Positions 55,568 through 64,000 of a stretch of 64,000 nucleotides of DNA are shown piece after piece. Source of the stretch: Nitrosopumilus sp. Its GTDB lineage: Archaea > Thermoproteota > Nitrososphaeria > Nitrososphaerales > Nitrosopumilaceae. The notes below the pieces were generated by a model. The model did no database searches, was not told the DNA's origin, and saw nothing but the letters and a program-made list of their open reading frames with translations. Position numbers and translations under genes: made by a program. The DNA lies in the NCBI GenBank assembly GCA_965214775.1, contig OZ243974.1, forward strand, positions 1,024,001-1,088,000, in the 5' to 3' direction. The first letter of the stretch is position 1. The number at the start of each line of letters is the position of its first letter.

Positions 55568-55840
55568 TTATTTGAAGAATTGATCAACTTGGTCTCTGTA
55601 TTTTAGGGCAATTTTTCCAAAATCTGCAAAATCCTCTGCAGTTGGATATTTCATTCTCATTGCAAACTGATTGACAAACACAGACAGGGCGCTACCAATT
55701 ATGAGGTTGTATACGCCATCGGCCACGTTGTCTGAGTATGGAAATGCGACTTTGATAAACGGCAGATAGGTTTCAGTTTGAGATATCATTAATTTGATAT
55801 GTTTTTCAACAAATTCTCCAACCTCGACAGGAATTGTCAT
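55568..55840 (-). CDS. Hypothetical protein
   Basis: Protein-like helical ORF with an upstream TATA-like sequence. Confidence 0.7.
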   Translation of the reverse strand: MTIPVEVGEFVEKHIKLMISQTETYLPFIKVAFPYSDNVADGVYNLIIGSALSVFVNQFAMRMKYPTAEDFADFGKIALKYRDQVDQFFK

Positions 55841-56239
55841 GATCTTAGTAGTGTTGATTTCTTATAAGTAGATGATGGTAATCATGATGATGGTGCCCTA
55901 TCTGAGCACCTGTTGTCTCTGGGCACTTTACTCTTCCCTTTCTGCTTCTTCTAGGAAGACATACCGGATGTCTGTTACAACACGCCTAGGGAGGGCATAA
56001 AATCCCATCAAAACCTGCAAAAATTTCACAACAACTGGCATCTTTTTTGTCCCGTTGCATGCATGCCGTCCAATCTTGGCAGGTTTTTGTACTCTGTCCT
56101 GCATGCATTTTTCCATACAATATATCGTGATATCTCGAGCCCATGCATAACCGTCAAAAGATAAAGCGTTTGATTGCACTGCACTGACTTTTTGACAGAA
56201 AAACAAAATTGAATTTATAATCGAACCCTCTGATTTGTA

Positions 56240-56542
56240 GTGTTGCTTGAATTAGACAAAAAAATATTCGGAGACATCACAACCAAGGAGATTATCGGCG
56301 CAGTGCCGCCTGCCATTCCGGACACTAGGGAACTGCTAGAAAAAGAATTAGAAAATTTACTATCCAAGCTCGAATCTGCTCCGAGGAAAGCACTTGAAAA
56401 ACTCTTGGAGCAGCAAAAGGCCTTTGACGCTCATATCAACAGCAGGCCCGGAGCAATGGCACTTGCTCAAAATAAAATACAACTGTACAATGAATTTAGT
56501 GGCAGATACTCCGATGCCATAAGGAAAAAACTAGCGTCTTAG
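56240..56542 (+). CDS. Hypothetical helical protein
   Basis: Protein-like ORF; upstream TTTATAA. Confidence 0.7.
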   Translation: MLLELDKKIFGDITTKEIIGAVPPAIPDTRELLEKELENLLSKLESAPRKALEKLLEQQKAFDAHINSRPGAMALAQNKIQLYNEFSGRYSDAIRKKLAS

Positions 56543-56651
56543 ATACGGGCCAGGCTCTGAAACCTACTTTCTGATTTGAGGCACAGATTATCTTCTTTGA
56601 TCGGCATTCTTCGCTAGTCGCAAAACTCACGCCCGAACTTCCAGAGCCTGA

Positions 56652-57650
56652 TCAGCTGCTGCCATCTTTGGCTTTTTTCTTTCTTTTGCGCCTTTTGGCT
56701 GAATTTTGTTTTTTTCTGATTAACAGCGAAAATAACGTGCCTGCAGGAATCCCGATTATTGTCCCAAGACTGACATATGGCGCAATGAAAAAGTCTCCAA
56801 TCCAGATTCCTCCGTCGGTAGTCAATTCCATGAATGTTCTGGGTCTTAGCACAATTGAGACTGTTTGGGAATCTGTCTTTTCCTCCTCAACATCATCGGT
56901 GTATTTTACAATTATCTCAAAGGGGAGCTTGTATTCTGTATTTACCTCTTCTGACGGAGTTATGATTCTTGATGTAAATGCAACCGGCGTGCCTTTATCA
57001 ATTTTTGAAAAAGTATGAGACGTCTCCCCCCTAAATTCAACATCGGCAGGCGGAATTATCTTTATGTTTACATTTGCAATGTCAATGTCCTGGGAAATTA
57101 CCTCCACCTCGATTGGAAATTCAGCGCTTGTAAAAATTGATTCGGGAGTTTTTGTGTAAATGGTTACCCTAGGATCTTCCTTGACCAAAATTGGAATTGC
57201 GATATCGTGAAATGTTGCAGGTTGTGGGGTTTCATTGTTTGCAATCAGGCTTTGAGAGTACTTTAAGTTCAGAAAATGCCTTCCCTCATTTGCCGAATCT
57301 GAAATTTGCACTCTGATATTTTCGCCAAACGAACCGCCCTGAGCCAGCCTCTCAATTATGATGGGTTCTGCCGGCTCTATGATAAATTCCGAGGTTCCTG
57401 AAAACGTAAAGTCAAAAACAATATCCTGCTTGTCTTCCCATCCGTTGTTTTGTACCAGAACGGAGATCATCTCCTCTCTTCCGACAACAATCTCATCTGG
57501 ATAGGTGATTTCGACATCCATTCCCCCTTCAAAGTTTTGAGTGAACGTTTCGGCATGAACGCCAACAGGCAGTACAAACAATCCTAGGACGACTGGAATT
57601 ATCCAAACCTGACTCATACCTACTCTAACCATCATAAAATATATCGCCAT
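56652..57650 (-). CDS. Cell-surface protein with Ig-like repeats and a C-terminal TM anchor
   Basis: Signal peptide, beta-rich body, TM plus basic tail. Confidence 0.75.
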   Translation of the reverse strand: MAIYFMMVRVGMSQVWIIPVVLGLFVLPVGVHAETFTQNFEGGMDVEITYPDEIVVGREEMISVLVQNNGWEDKQDIVFDFTFSGTSEFIIEPAEPIIIERLAQGGSFGENIRVQISDSANEGRHFLNLKYSQSLIANNETPQPATFHDIAIPILVKEDPRVTIYTKTPESIFTSAEFPIEVEVISQDIDIANVNIKIIPPADVEFRGETSHTFSKIDKGTPVAFTSRIITPSEEVNTEYKLPFEIIVKYTDDVEEEKTDSQTVSIVLRPRTFMELTTDGGIWIGDFFIAPYVSLGTIIGIPAGTLFSLLIRKKQNSAKRRKRKKKAKDGSS

Positions 57651-57868
57651 GATTATTCTGTGTTATTATCCGCCTCAGATCGGACAAAGTTTATCCCAAA
57701 AGCAGTATTCCCAGATGTGCGCGACTCGCGGCGGCGGAGACGGCAATGTGCGAATCTGCAGGAAGAAGCCTGATTTGAGCTGTTTCAAGATTGGAGCCTC
57801 TTTTTGGGTTGCTTTTGGGAAGACGAGATCCGCAATGGTTTATTATCCGGATAGAGGTCTCTTCTCCA

Positions 57869-58492
57869 ATGACGGGCTTGTCATCTGATTTCGAAACCTA
57901 CAAACAAAGACTAGCTGAACTGCTAGTGGAAACCAAAGCATTTCAATATTCGCCAGACAAGCCATTCAAGCTGGCATCCGGGGCGACCAGTCCCTATTAC
58001 TTTGATCTAAAGTTACTAAATGGACATCCCGAAGGAATCAACGTTACTGCCAAGGTATTTTATCATTTAATCAGGAAATTCCCTGATGTAAAAGCAGTCG
58101 GCGGACTGGAATCAGGCTCTATCTCAATTGCAACGGCAATTTCACAATTAAGCTACTATGAAAATCAAAGAGATTCTTCAAACCCGTTGATCACGTCGTT
58201 TTTTGTACGAAAAAAGCCAAAAAACCATGGAACCCAAAAACTAATTGAAGGAAGAATTTCCTCGCCTGTAGTTATTATCGATGATGTGATCACTAGCGGA
58301 ATGTCTGCAATAACTGCAGTACGTGCAGTGCAAGAAGAAAAATCTGATTGCAAGGCATTAATGTCCATTATTTTCAGAGGATCCGAAGAGCAATCCAAGA
58401 AAATCGAAGAGGAGATCCCGTTACGATATGTCTTCCACAAAGATCAACTTGTTGAAGAATGCAAAAAACGGTTCAAAGAATTAACTGCCTAG
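57869..58492 (+). CDS. pyrE: Orotate phosphoribosyltransferase
   Basis: FKLASG..SPYYFD, RKKPK.HG, IIDDVITSG.S; the 5' extension in the ORF track begins in MITE G (57703-57826). Confidence 0.92.
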   Translation: MTGLSSDFETYKQRLAELLVETKAFQYSPDKPFKLASGATSPYYFDLKLLNGHPEGINVTAKVFYHLIRKFPDVKAVGGLESGSISIATAISQLSYYENQRDSSNPLITSFFVRKKPKNHGTQKLIEGRISSPVVIIDDVITSGMSAITAVRAVQEEKSDCKALMSIIFRGSEEQSKKIEEEIPLRYVFHKDQLVEECKKRFKELTA

Positions 58493-58686
58493 CAACTATC
58501 TTCTTAAAAACGGCAGATATAACACAGATACATGTTACGTGAAACTTTACCATCAATCTCAAAACTGGATTCTCCTGTCGTCCGGCTTAATCCCTGAATG
58601 TTCGCTCGGGATGGCTTTTCATTGTCAGAAATGTCTCTCATACTTGTAACAATGAGATTTTGCATACAGGGGGGCACGGGCAGAAA

Positions 58687-60165
58687 TTACAAGTTGTCCG
58701 TCCAGCTGTCTGATGATTTTTTTCTGACCAACCCGCCGTCAGAAACTTCGTCGGCCATCTCGTTTTGTTTGCCAGAGCCTTCTTTTGGTTCCTCGGGCGG
58801 CGGTTTTACAAACCCGCCCTCAGTTGATTCGGGCGGAGGTATGTTCTTGGATCTTCCAAGACCTATTGTGGTAATTATGACTGATGACAGGATAATGAAG
58901 AAAATTATCTGCGGATAAGCCTCTGCATTTGGCAACCCCATTGTTATTGGATAGGTTGCAAGCACGGCAGCAGCCAATCCTCTGGGGATCATGGAATTTG
59001 TAACTGCTCTGTCAAGCCGTGAAAACCTCTTTGTAAGGGTGATCTTTCCGACAAACATTCTTCCAAGATATACTGCAACTGTAATCAGAATCCCAAAGAC
59101 GATGTATTCTATCTGTCCAAAGCTTGCCATCAATCCCACAAATACGAAGAAAAATGATCTTACCAAAAACGTAAGCTGGTTGTGTGTAGGATCATCTGTC
59201 TCGATTCTTGGAAGTTTGAATTTGAGAACACGCGCCAGATGACTCTTGTTTCCCAGCATCAGCCCAAACACCAGTGCAGTTAGTGCCCCTGATTCTCCAA
59301 ATGAATTTGCCAAGAAGAACAACACAAACAGTATTCCCAGCGTCAGCATGTAGGCATGTTGCGCATTTCCGAGTTTTGTTGAAACATACATCCATGGAAT
59401 TCCTACCCCGAATCCCAAAACAAGACCTACGACTATGGCCCTTCCGATTGTTTCTTGCAGCGTGTTTAAATCAAACGTTCCTGCAAGAACTGCCTCAAAC
59501 AGAATAAAGGCAACGATGGTAGCTAGGATATCTGTTAATGCGGACTCGAAGCTTAGCATTGATTTGGTCTCTTCGGAAATCTTGATGTTTCTTACAAGAC
59601 CAAACACTATGGCTGAACTGCTGCCTCCGACAATTGATGCCAACAGAATGCTTTCCAGCCAAAGCCAGCCTAACGCATAGTGGGCCGCAAGCGCAATGAT
59701 TACCACTGACAAAATAAATCCCAGAATGGCCAGTGTGAAGGAAAAGTGCGCGGTTTTTACAACATGCTTGATGTCCAGGTTTAGTCCGCCATCAAACATG
59801 ATGATAATTAACGCAAGTGCCGCAAAATATGGAACAACCTGGACTACTGCCTCGGCCTGGATTAATCCAAATACCGGACCGATAACCACTCCCAAAATCA
59901 TCAAAAACGCCACATCTGGAATTCCGGTTTTTTTGAAAAACGCCTCTCCTGCCACTCCGAGAAAAATTACAACTCCTGCTGCAAGCAAAATCACGTGCGC
60001 AGGAGCTATTATCCCGTCTTGAAATGATGAGAGTGTTCCCAGTGAACTCTGAAAGTCGGAAATTTTTTCCAAAATCATGGATGTGTCAAAGTTTGAAATC
60101 GGAACTGTCTCGCCGGCGGCCTGTCCTCTGATTAGATTCAAAACTGACAGGGCCACAGGATTCAT
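58687..60165 (-). CDS. Cation:proton antiporter (CPA1/NhaP-like)
   Basis: FESALTD, PRGLAAAVLA, many TM segments. Confidence 0.9.
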   Translation of the reverse strand: MNPVALSVLNLIRGQAAGETVPISNFDTSMILEKISDFQSSLGTLSSFQDGIIAPAHVILLAAGVVIFLGVAGEAFFKKTGIPDVAFLMILGVVIGPVFGLIQAEAVVQVVPYFAALALIIIMFDGGLNLDIKHVVKTAHFSFTLAILGFILSVVIIALAAHYALGWLWLESILLASIVGGSSSAIVFGLVRNIKISEETKSMLSFESALTDILATIVAFILFEAVLAGTFDLNTLQETIGRAIVVGLVLGFGVGIPWMYVSTKLGNAQHAYMLTLGILFVLFFLANSFGESGALTALVFGLMLGNKSHLARVLKFKLPRIETDDPTHNQLTFLVRSFFFVFVGLMASFGQIEYIVFGILITVAVYLGRMFVGKITLTKRFSRLDRAVTNSMIPRGLAAAVLATYPITMGLPNAEAYPQIIFFIILSSVIITTIGLGRSKNIPPPESTEGGFVKPPPEEPKEGSGKQNEMADEVSDGGLVRKKSSDSWTDNL

Positions 60166-60270
60166 TATTGTCTGAACGTGGTTTCATGCGGTTAAAAATC
60201 AAACTCGAAATTTCAGGCTCTGACTATTCTGAGATACACATTAAATCTACCATTGCGCAATCTCTGATGC

Positions 60271-60813
60271 TTGAGTGCAACTGATGCTCTACGTGAGGAC
60301 CACAGGCAAATTAGACGGCTGGAAAAAGTGATCCTAAAATGCTATACTGATCTTCATGCAGGAAAAGACATTCCGTTATCTGACATTGATAAGATTACTG
60401 TGATCATTGAAGAATTTCTAGACTCGATCCACTATTCACGCGAGGAAGACTCGTATTTTCCTTGTGTTGCAAGCTATGATCACCTAAAGCAAGAGATTCG
60501 TGGTCTGTTGATTGAACACGAATTTTCACGAAGGATTGCAATTCAAATTAAAAGACATCTCAAGCGATGGAAAGATGGCGAAAATGCCAGAGAACCTGTT
60601 GCAAGATATCTAAAGACTTACTACGTTTACCTTCAGGATCACATGTCTAAAGAAGAAGACTTTTTTGACAAGGCTGAGGCAAAAGTCATTTCCAAAGAAG
60701 AGGAGATGGACATGTACGAGCAATTCAAATCGATAGTGGCCATTTCAAAAAAATTAAAGGACATGATCAAAGAAATAGAAACTCTGGAGAAGAGCGCCTG
60801 GTTCGAAGATTAA
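60271..60813 (+). CDS. Hemerythrin domain protein
   Basis: H..REE, EH, H..KEE motifs. Confidence 0.88.
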   Translation: MSATDALREDHRQIRRLEKVILKCYTDLHAGKDIPLSDIDKITVIIEEFLDSIHYSREEDSYFPCVASYDHLKQEIRGLLIEHEFSRRIAIQIKRHLKRWKDGENAREPVARYLKTYYVYLQDHMSKEEDFFDKAEAKVISKEEEMDMYEQFKSIVAISKKLKDMIKEIETLEKSAWFED

Positions 60814-60831
60814 CGTAACCTCTTTATTGGA

Positions 60832-61365
60832 ATGTTGAAAAACTTGACCATGAAACCTTTTGTTCTTTGGATGACCGGCCTTCCGTGTTCTGGCAAGACT
60901 ACCATCGTAAAAGACTTGCAAAAAGACGTGCCAAACTTGGCAATGCTTGACGGGGACGAACTTAGGGAATGGTTTTCTCCAAAAGACTTTTCAAAGGCAG
61001 GCAGGGACGAACACAACAAAAAGGTTGCCCATCTGGCAAAGCTTTTGCTAAAACACGAGGTTCCAAGTGCAGTATCCCTTGTATCTCCATACCTGGAGAA
61101 CAGATCAAATGCCAGAGAGATTGTTGATGCCGGTGATCAGTTTGTCGAATGCTACGTAAAGTGTTCCCTGGAAAAATGTGAAGAGCGCGATGTCAAAGGC
61201 ATGTATGCCAAGGCCAGAAAAGGGGAAATCAAGGGATTTACCGGAATCGACGATCCCTATGAGGCTCCTGAAAAGGCTGATCTGATCGTCGATACAGAAC
61301 ACGAACCGCTGTCTGATAGTGCAAACAAAGTAAGGGGCTTTCTTAGGACAAAAAACCTACTTTAA
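60832..61365 (+). CDS. cysC: Adenylyl-sulfate kinase
   Basis: TGLPCSGKTT, LDGD, RDVKG.Y, FTGIDDPYE.P. Confidence 0.95.
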   Translation: MLKNLTMKPFVLWMTGLPCSGKTTIVKDLQKDVPNLAMLDGDELREWFSPKDFSKAGRDEHNKKVAHLAKLLLKHEVPSAVSLVSPYLENRSNAREIVDAGDQFVECYVKCSLEKCEERDVKGMYAKARKGEIKGFTGIDDPYEAPEKADLIVDTEHEPLSDSANKVRGFLRTKNLL

Positions 61366-62172
61366 TTTTTTAAACTCTTCAACTATTTTGCCATGAACCA
61401 GTCCGTTTGTAACTAGAATTCCGTTTTTATGAAACACGTCTTTGTTGTTGTACGTAAGCTCATTTCCCAGCATGTCTGTCATTTTGCCACCGGCTTCAGT
61501 TACAATACAGTGGGATGCTGCCGAATCCCACTCTTTCATTTTGTTTGTAGTTGTAATGTATGCCTCAGCCTCCCCGGAACTGATTTTTCCCACCTTCAAC
61601 GAACTGCCAATGCTTGTAAAATCCTCAATTCCTAATTTCTTGATAAATGACTTTTCCTTGTCAGACAGGTGATGTCTGGAACCGACTGCTCTGCATTTTG
61701 GAATATCTGACTCTGCAGTGACTGAAATTTTACTCCACACCTCATTGGAATACTTGAACGCGCCCCGGCCTTTTTGTGCAACAAACAAAGTTTTTTCTGT
61801 AGGCCATCCAATAACCCCCAGAACCGGTTTTTTACCTTTTACCAGCGAAATCATTATGGTAAATTCCCCGGTTCTGTCAATAAAATCAGAGGTTCCGTCA
61901 AGAGGATCTACTATCCAAACCGTTTCTTTTGACAGTCTCTCGGGACTATCCCTGTCTTCTTCGGACAAAATTTGGTGGTGTGTTCTTGAAAGATGTTTTT
62001 TGATAATTTCATTGCTTTTTAGATCAGCTTCTGTAATGGGCGAGTCGTCATTTTTTGTAAACTCTTTGATCTCTCCTTTGTAAATCCTCAAAACCGCTTC
62101 TCCGGCCTCGACTGCTGCCTCTATGGCCACATCTAACTCCGGAATCTTGTTGGAAATCGGTATGTCTTTCAT
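61357..62172 (-). CDS. cysQ: 3'(2'),5'-bisphosphate nucleotidase
   Basis: LSEE, VDPLDGT, GSSLK, EWDSAA. Confidence 0.92.
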   Translation of the reverse strand: MKDIPISNKIPELDVAIEAAVEAGEAVLRIYKGEIKEFTKNDDSPITEADLKSNEIIKKHLSRTHHQILSEEDRDSPERLSKETVWIVDPLDGTSDFIDRTGEFTIMISLVKGKKPVLGVIGWPTEKTLFVAQKGRGAFKYSNEVWSKISVTAESDIPKCRAVGSRHHLSDKEKSFIKKLGIEDFTSIGSSLKVGKISSGEAEAYITTTNKMKEWDSAASHCIVTEAGGKMTDMLGNELTYNNKDVFHKNGILVTNGLVHGKIVEEFKKLK

Positions 62173-62180
62173 TCAAATGC

Positions 62181-62387
62181 CTATGTGGTTAGTTCCGGTT
62201 TTAGTGTCCAAACAACACCAAGCACAATAAATGGAATGGAGATTATTCCGATAATTCCCAAAATTGTATTAAACTGAGATTCTGAAACTTCTGGATTGTT
62301 TACTATCCATGGGAGAGGCAGTGTGACGATTACCCAGATAATTCCTAAAAGTATGATTAGTTTTGCCTTTGATTTTCTGTCTTTCAC
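62181..62387 (-). CDS. Small two-TM membrane protein
   Basis: Two hydrophobic helices. Confidence 0.7.
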   Translation of the reverse strand: MKDRKSKAKLIILLGIIWVIVTLPLPWIVNNPEVSESQFNTILGIIGIISIPFIVLGVVWTLKPELTT

Positions 62388-62419
62388 TGTTCTTTCTTCC
62401 CCCCAGCTGTATTAAATCC

Positions 62420-63005
62420 ATATGAATCCGTTTTATGGATACTCCATGCCAGGTGAGGAATTGGGCCGGCCACCAAGTTGGAAATGCGGCATTCACGCCT
62501 TATTAGACTGGTCATCATGATGTTTTGCCGTTCATAAACCCTGGGCCTTTTTCTGTTTTTTATAATGGCTTTGTCATCATCATTATGTCAGCAGCATCTG
62601 CAACTCGGACAAATGCGATTTCTTCTGATCTTGTCTTTGGTATATGGTGCCCGAGGCATTCTGTTAAAACAATTGGCGCAGCTTTTAGTGCAGACTGGCC
62701 TGCATTAAACCCCTGACATGCCTTATCCTGTAACTGACGAAACATTGGTTATCAAACAGACGCCTCTTGTAAAAATGGAAGGTGCCTCTCCCTCCATTGC
62801 ATGCCTAGACTGTCTGACAGGGCGATTCCCGTCCAAGGTTTTGTCTTGTAGTTTCATCTGTCCGTGCAATCTTTTTGGTTTTTGAAAAATTCCTGGATTG
62901 CCTACTAGAATGTCTGATCATGTCTCCCATACTTTGGCCGTTACTACGGCAATTTTCTCAGATAATTTTGGGAGCCTGCAGCCGGGATCTCGTAATATGG
63001 ATCCA
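62420..63005 (-). pseudogene. Heavily decayed SDR oxidoreductase
   Basis: Fragments KIAVVT, ITNVSSVTG and SALKAA..LTE in different frames, with stops. Confidence 0.5.
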
Positions 63006-63104
63006 TAAATCAGAATACGAGAATAAAATATTTCAAAAAACCAGTTGGAATTGTATAATTTATTACCTCAAATGTTAAATACTTAAAGTTCTTATAACAA
63101 TTAA

Positions 63105-63231
63105 TGCCGAGGGATGTAATTCCTATCGACTAAACCTGCGTAGCCCCGCAGAACGAAAAAGGCAATCAGGCGCAATAATGCTCTGACAAAGAGAGGAAAT
63201 CTCTCAAAGTTCTGCAGTTAGGGGGTTACGC
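63105..63231 (+). ncRNA. Candidate structured RNA, family unknown
   Basis: Nested stems GCGTAGCCCC/GGGGTTACGC and GCAGAAC/GTTCTGC enclosing two hairpins. Confidence 0.4.
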
Positions 63232-63234
63232 CTC

Positions 63235-63681
63235 TTAATCTTCTAAAATATCCACCGTCACAGATCCCATCTCATTTCCATTTGGGTTGATAGTGATCCT
63301 TACTTGCTCTGATTCAGAAACGGAAAAAGATCCGGTGCCGTCATAGCTCCATGTGTGATATTCTGAAATGCCGGTCTGTTGCAGATGACTTTTCAACTCA
63401 AAACTCTCACTAAATTCAAAGTCATTCCCCGAAATTGAAATTGAAAGAATTTCAGGACTGCTTCCGTTTGGAACGAATCTAAAATGGTAATCTCCAGCGC
63501 TTATCATGAAAGACTCAGAATAAACGCCATTCACATAAAGATCGGGATCTGCTAATGTGGCATGAAATATGACCTTGCTTTTTTCTGATGGGGAATCAAC
63601 AAACGAGATTCCCACAAAAATTCCTGTTATTACTATGACCGGAATAATTATTTTTATTATTGTTGTTGTTTTTTTATCCAT
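63235..63681 (-). CDS. Membrane-anchored hypothetical protein
   Basis: N-terminal TM, beta-rich body. Confidence 0.75.
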   Translation of the reverse strand: MDKKTTTIIKIIIPVIVITGIFVGISFVDSPSEKSKVIFHATLADPDLYVNGVYSESFMISAGDYHFRFVPNGSSPEILSISISGNDFEFSESFELKSHLQQTGISEYHTWSYDGTGSFSVSESEQVRITINPNGNEMGSVTVDILED

Positions 63682-63775
63682 CTAGTATTCGTGTGTTTAA
63701 TGGTATAAAAATAAATTTCAACCGTCTTTTCTGATTTTCTTTGTAGTTGGTTCTATTTGGCTTGATTGATCCAAG

Positions 63776-64000
63776 CAGTAGTTGAAAATGTACCCCGCAA
63801 ATCCGTCTAGCCGGGATCGTGCAGCCGCCGCCCAACCCCGATCCTGTCTGCATCTGGCACACAGAGGCAGCACGAATACAGTATCACAACATACACGAGT
63901 CAGCAGCGTCATGACGCGGGCCTTTGGATCGGCCGAGTCCCTCATTGTCAGCCATATGTTGCATACTGCAGGCGACACGTAAAACAAAAGCATCCGCATG
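63776..64000 (-). mobile_element. 3' end of a second ISH3-like IS (runs off the window)
   Basis: MRMLLFYVSPAVCNIW resembles IRLILFYLSLGMSNIW of 34828-35952; terminal CAGTAGTT at 63776. Confidence 0.6.

Noticed and set aside
63148-63215. Hammerhead ribozyme (GAAA...TC...CTGA)
   Set aside because: CTGACAA does not fit CUGANGA and no stem III forms

Overview
Chromosomal window from an ammonia-oxidising archaeon (Nitrosopumilaceae/Thaumarchaeota, inferred from gene content and protein style). The core backbone includes thpR-cca-kinase-tRNA-Pro, GINS, glnA, thermosome, glyA, PolD DP2/DP1, GGGP synthase, cdc6 with an adjacent ORB-containing replication origin, cbiE, hsp20-cdc48, tfb, pyrE and cysC/cysQ. 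It is overlaid by many mobile elements and pseudogenes. Main discovery: a 6,348-bp unit transposon (8248-14595) with perfect 34-bp terminal inverted repeats and an 8-bp target-site duplication. It carries one SWIM/Zn-ribbon/DDE IS6-like transposase plus defence cargo: a DUF262-DUF1524 GmrSD-like gene, a DUF262-HNH nuclease and an EcoRI-family adenine methyltransferase. The methyltransferase start codon is followed by 26 copies of a 7-bp repeat that put it out of frame, making it a candidate archaeal phase-variable restriction-modification switch. The window also holds at least seven MITE-like repeat families, a toxin-antitoxin pair with each gene hit by a different MITE, an intact ISH3-family IS, short-motif arrays beside origin-linked wHTH genes, and a candidate structured ncRNA. 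Family assignments come from recognised motifs only; no database searches were run.
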